Part shown: piece after piece, positions 57,825 to 64,000 of the stretch
How the letters are laid out: each line of letters begins with the position of its first letter
Numbering within the stretch: position 1 is the first letter of the stretch
Notes under the pieces: generated by a model
Database searches by the model: none
What the model was told of the DNA's origin: nothing
What the model saw: the letters and a program-made list of their open reading frames with translations, nothing else
NCBI GenBank assembly: GCA_964016885.1
Contig: OZ024750.1
Location: forward strand, 21,576,001 to 21,640,000
Reading direction: 5' to 3'
Length of the DNA stretch: 64,000 bases
DNA from: Eledone cirrhosa
Taxonomy: Eukaryota
Translations under genes and position numbers: made by a program

Positions 57825-58128
57825 AAACTATATATATGTGTTTGGGTTTATATTGTATCTGTATTATTTTTGACCGTCGGTCAGTCAATGGCAACATTGA
57901 GGACCGAATAAATTAGATTACCGATATAAAAGACACAGAATCGAAAAGCGAAAACCAACCAAACAGTGAGTGTGTTCTGTTATTAATTCTGGCAATATTA
58001 CACAAATATGACCCATCCCAAGTATAACAGTATATATATGTATATTTATATAAATATATATGTATAAAGATATATATATGTATATATGTATATATATATA
58101 TATATGTATATATATATGAATATATATG

Positions 58129-58160
<32 letters not shown>

Positions 58161-58241
58161 TGAATATATATGTATATATATATATATATGAATATATATG
58201 TATATATATATATGTGTGTAGTAGATATATATGTATAAATG

Positions 58242-58277
<36 letters not shown>

Positions 58278-58289
58278 TGAATATATATG

Positions 58290-58321
<32 letters not shown>

Positions 58322-58357
58322 TATGAATATATATGTATATATATATATGTGTGTAGT

Positions 58358-58416
<59 letters not shown>

Positions 58417-58448
58417 TATATATGTATATATATATATATGTGTGTAGT

Positions 58449-58483
<35 letters not shown>

Positions 58484-58486
<3 letters not shown>

Positions 58487-58642
58487 CGGGTAAAATTCCC
58501 GAGATCCATGGACGAGTTCTCTCCAGCGTTCTCTGTCCCTCATCATCGCTGCCATGTCCTGCGTCTCCAACAGACCAGTGTCTGTCCTTAGGGCATCAAT
58601 ATACGTTAACCTTGGTCTTCCTCTTCCAGTGTGTCCATGTAT
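58484..58642 (-). mobile_element. 5'-truncated RTE-clade LINE 3' end (same family as the 4.8-kb copy)
   Basis: Closely similar to 4773-4930; encodes ...[27 protein letters not shown]; inserted in (TA)n. Confidence 0.85.
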
Positions 58643-58989
58643 ATATATATATGCTAGTGTATAGTGTATGTGTAAGTGTTTTTGTGGGTGGGTATGAATG
58701 TATACAACAATTTGTCAATGTGATATGTATTTCAATCGTATTTTGTTCTCCGTACCTGTTTCAGATATATTTTATTGTATTATTTTAATGGATAATAAAT
58801 CTGTACGGCCAATAATAGTTCTTAATAAAAGTTAAAACGTAACTACAATTTCCATGTATATATATTCCGATTATACACCATGTGCATTTATATATACGTA
58901 TACTCACACACACACAGCACAATCACGTGTGTATACAAAAACCACACATACACACACATATATATATACACATATATGTATTCGCATAA

Positions 58990-59040
<51 letters not shown>

Positions 59041-59269
59041 AAATGTGTGAGATCCTTGGTACAGTTAGGTATATTTGAAAAAAAAGGAAAAGAATGACTT
59101 CACTTGTAGTGTTAAAAAATGTTTGATTTAATTTTATATTATAATTTTATGAGTTGGTAGATCCAAGTTCTTTTTTAACTTCAGTGGGAAGAATTTTAGA
59201 GATTCCTGGTTAACTATATATAGGAAAAGTGTCGGGACCCCGACGGCTGAGCTCCGGCCGTTTCGACAG

Positions 59270-59345
59270 CTAGGTCTAAACTAACGCAGTAGTGTTAGGA
59301 CAGCAGTAGACTGGCTCTAACACTACTGCGTTAGTTCAGACCTAG
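59270..59345. repeat. ~28-bp-arm hairpin
   Basis: CTAGGTCTAAACTAACGCAGTAGTGTTAG / CTAACACTACTGCGTTAGTTCAGACCTAG. Confidence 0.9.
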
Positions 59346-60488
59346 TAACATCTAAACGTACTCACTGCGATAGACACACGTCACGTTCAGGGTAGAGGGT
59401 GCTTTGTACTCGCAATTTCGTAATACCACATGAAACTGAGATAATCTTCGGCCTTCGTCCAACTCGTGCAAGCAAGGAATAACGGATGTAAAATGGTTGT
59501 GATGATCGATAATATGAAACTTATTTTAGGAAAAACTTAACGCCTTCGTTGCCGGAAATACGATAATTCTCTCGCATAATATCAAATCTATGAGAGTAAG
59601 AGAGAGAGAGGGGGGACAGAGGAGAGAGAGAGAGAGAAGCAGGGAGCATTCAGTGATGACTAATCATAGGCTTGCATGAGAAAATTTCTCCCTTCAGGGT
59701 GTAAGACTGGGCAAGACGTAATAGATCACCAGTTGCAATGCAAAACAGCCTCATCTCTACACGCCAGTGATGATATTCAAAGGAAAGAAAATGATCCATA
59801 CCGCTTAGCGCCAGTTAACTGGAGCATCGTGAAATAAAGTGTCTTGCCGAAGAACACAACGCGTGACCTATTCCAAGAATCGTAATCAAGACGTTAAGTA
59901 TAATTACAAATGTTTACTAATATACATTTTATTCCAGTGAAACCTAAACAGCATTTTGAACCATGTGAAATATTGTTATTTCTGGTAGAGGTTGTATTTT
60001 TTCGTTGAATTTTTAAGTTTCAATTTTAAGTGTCCAAATGGACTTTGGTCTATCAACTCATTTCAATTCAAAACAATTTTTTTTTTTTTTTTCTACTTGA
60101 TTTTGGGTTGTCGCCATTTTCCTTTGTTTGGTTTAGTTAAGCATTGTTCACATACTGAAGGACATTCTGTATAATTTCCTTCCAAAGTGAAACAATTACG
60201 CCATTCCAAGTAACAACATCTAATAAGTAATTTCCACACATAACCTACAAATTAATGTTTGTAAGAGAAGTAGCATTATTTAGATAGATTTCAATCCGTC
60301 CATTTACACAGTTTATGTAATAACAACAAGCCTCTCAACAATCACAACCAAGAAAAGTGAGACGCTACTTCGAAAATCACTTAGAAGGCAGCTATTATAT
60401 TCCTAAACACAAATGTAAATTGTTATTATTTAGTTTTAATGGTGTATTATGCCACTTTGAAACAACCCGCACAATAATTTAGTATATA

Positions 60489-60582
<94 letters not shown>

Positions 60583-60665
60583 GTATATATATTCATATAT
60601 ACATATATATATATATTCATATATATATACATATATATATACATTCATATATATATACATATACA

Positions 60666-60716
<51 letters not shown>

Positions 60717-60725
60717 GTACATATA

Positions 60726-60791
<66 letters not shown>

Positions 60792-60921
60792 TATACATAT
60801 ATATGTGCATGTGTTTGCATCTTGTACGTATATATTTGAATTAACTGTTTGTGACTTGAATTTGTAACCTTTACGACACGCGTTTATGAGTATATATATA
60901 TATATACATATGCATATACAC

Positions 60922-61054
<133 letters not shown>

Positions 61055-61086
61055 TATATACATATACATGAACACATATATATATG

Positions 61087-61146
<60 letters not shown>

Positions 61147-61148
61147 GC

Positions 61149-61228
<80 letters not shown>

Positions 61229-61514
61229 GTCAATGTATTATGGTAAATTACCCATCCTATCTACTACAGAAAACTACAGTAATCTTCAGATTATCTGATA
61301 TAGATTACTTAATATACTATGTACTATTTCGATTTGCAGTAACACCAGTTAATTGGTATCTATTAGTAATATTTTAGAGTATCTGAAGAATTTAACAACT
61401 TAATGAGCTATCAGCTTTCCTCATGATATATTCTACACAATATTGTTGAAAATCTGAGAGATAGCACCTCAATTAGGCTTCTCTGCATTTTGTAGAATTA
61501 AAAAGGTTTGGGGA

Positions 61515-61995
61515 AATTTAGTAGTGTTTCTATAGCTTAGTATAATGTATAACGTTGAAAGAGATAGAACAATGCAAAATGGATTGTAAGATGAGGTAAC
61601 GAAAAGTAAGTTACCTGGTAATCTTTGTATCTTTTTTTTTGTTTTTGTTTTTTATTGTTCTTTTTTTCTGTCCAATATTTCGGGACCTAAATGTCCCTTC
61701 TTCGTGAAGAGCGAAATAACCATGAAAAAACGCTTGAAAACGACTTAGAAAAATGTTAATCAAAATCAAAATTTAATCCCAAAGAGAGGAAAATGGAAAG
61801 TTCCTTGAAACCTTCAAGAAGTGACTTTTAGGTCCCGAAATATTGGACAGAAAAAAGAACAGTAACAACAACAAAAAAAACAAGATAAAGATTACTTTTT
61901 GTTACCTCATCTGACAGTCCAGTTGGCATTGTTTAGCCTTCTATCTCTTTCAACATTATATATTATATACAATGCTTCGAGCAAACTACAACATT
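61515..61995. repeat. Inverted repeat, ~185-bp diverged arms, ~115-nt spacer
   Basis: TTCTGTCCAATATTTCGGGACCTAAA versus TTTAGGTCCCGAAATATTGGACAGAA; GTTGAAAGAGATAGAA versus TTCTATCTCTTTCAAC. Confidence 0.85.
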
Positions 61996-62070
61996 TTAGT
62001 ATAATGTGTTATTGTATTGAATTGGCAAAGTTGTTTGTGCGTTGGATAGACACCTTGCGTTATTCGTTCA

Positions 62071-62648
62071 GCTGCATATATCGCCGTGTAGGTGTTTACC
62101 AAGTTTGCTTCACAGCCATATGGGTAGCTTCGCCAGTGTTCACCTCGATTTTCAATTGAGAAGGTAAAAATCAACTTGACCAGTTCAAATACCACCGAGG
62201 TAACTTTGCATTCCCTCCTTTCGTGGAAGTTGAATAAAGCATTAGTCTTGTTCTTCTATGTTTTAGTATAATGAGTTAATTGTGGCGAATTAGAAATAGC
62301 GTTAACGTACTGAATAGAAAGCCATGCATTTTTCGATCCGATATAAGTTCAAATCTTGCCAATGTCAACTTTACAAGTCCTCATTTCGTGCTTGATAACA
62401 TATCAGGTGTGATCAATCACTGGTTGACTGAGTTTACTACTGCAAGCATATCGAGAGATCGTCTGGAGCAACTACCATACTAAGTATTCCATGTATGTGT
62501 ATGTGTGTTTGTGTATGGCAAAGCAAACATCACGACAACTAGTTGATTTTTACCTTCTCAATTGAAAATCGAGGTGAACACTGGCGAAGCTACCCATATG
62601 GCTGTGAAGCAAACTTGGTAAACACGCCTACACGGCGATATATGCAGC
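62071..62648. repeat. Near-identical 106/108-bp inverted repeat, ~365-nt spacer
   Basis: 62071-62176 versus 62541-62648; differs by a 2-nt indel. Confidence 0.95.
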
Positions 62649-63682
62649 CGTTTTCATTTAAAATGTTATTTTTGGTAGCAATGATTTGAAACTTAAACAA
62701 CAATTATCATGTTCTTTTGGACATTTATCATTTCAAAGTCGTTATAAAAACTGATAAAAGCATTGAATGCGAAGCAAACTCTTAGCCACAATCATATGGT
62801 CATGCCAGTTTCTCCATTTTTATTATAATTATTTTACTGTTGGTCACAACGCTTTGAAATTTTAGCACAAAAAGAAACTCAAATTCGTTTGGCATTCTAA
62901 AATTGTAAATACTAGTATAACCAATAAATGCAAAGCAAACATCTTAACCTTAAACACACGGCCATTCCTAAGCCTGTTTTCATTTAAAATATTTTATTGT
63001 AGCTAGCAACGATTTAAAACTTTTAGCAGAAAAGTTCTTTTGGCGTTATCAATTGAAACATCGAGGTGAAGAGTGGCGAAATATAAGCGATTATATCTGA
63101 CAGATGCTTTCGATATATATTTAGTCCCATATATAACCAGTTCATTCACAGACTGTTAACCTTTCGAAATATAACATGTCTGATGCAGATTATTGGACAA
63201 CTTTCACTTTTATGTTTCCCCATGGTATTTTGACTTTTACAACATAAGTTATTTCCCCTTATTCCCACCACGTCGTTACTTAGTCTAATCGTATATATGT
63301 GATGTGTATGTTTATTTATGTGTGTGGGGTTGTGTGGTTATATGCTTACGTGTGTAAATATACATATATATATATATATATTATATATATATATACAGAC
63401 ACACAACATATATATACAAACACACGCGCACGCATATATATGAATGTATGTATGTATGTATATATATATATATATATATGTGTGTATATATATGTATATG
63501 TATATATATGTATATATATATGTATATGTATATATATGTATATATATGTATATATATGTATATATATATGTATATATATATATGTGTATATATATGTATA
63601 TATATATGTATATATGTGTGTATATATATGTGTATATATATATATATATGTGTATATATATGTATATATGTATATATATATG

Positions 63683-63719
<37 letters not shown>

Positions 63720-63748
63720 GTATATGTATATGTATATATATATATGTG

Positions 63749-63805
<57 letters not shown>

Positions 63806-63809
63806 ATAT

Positions 63810-63850
<41 letters not shown>

Positions 63851-63900
63851 TATATATGTATATATGTATATATATATATGTATATATGTATATGTATATA

Positions 63901-63997
<97 letters not shown>

Positions 63998-64000
63998 ACA

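Overview
Very AT-rich, microsatellite-laden eukaryotic DNA. The SINE repertoire and (TA)n/(TG)n/(TAG)n load suggest an octopus or other coleoid cephalopod genome (inference). The window is almost entirely intron of one + strand gene encoding an NMDA-type ionotropic glutamate receptor subunit (NR2/GluN2-like amino-terminal domain). Two phase-compatible exons (6085-6198, 26245-26378) are separated by a 20-kb intron, and there is a weaker 57-nt candidate exon at 52907-52963. The introns carry about 25 copies of a tRNA-headed Nin-domain SINE, RTE-, R4/Dong- and Penelope-like retrotransposon remnants, minisatellites, and many fold-back inverted repeats. The most notable signals are (i) several type I hammerhead ribozyme motifs, the best at 30832-30882 (+, pre-mRNA sense) and 9690-9750 (-), with compensatory stem changes between two copies; and (ii) RTE-type LINE insertions with twin-priming-style 5' inversions, one bounded by an 11-bp target-site duplication (TSD). 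Nearly all ORFs in the supplied track are microsatellite artefacts.
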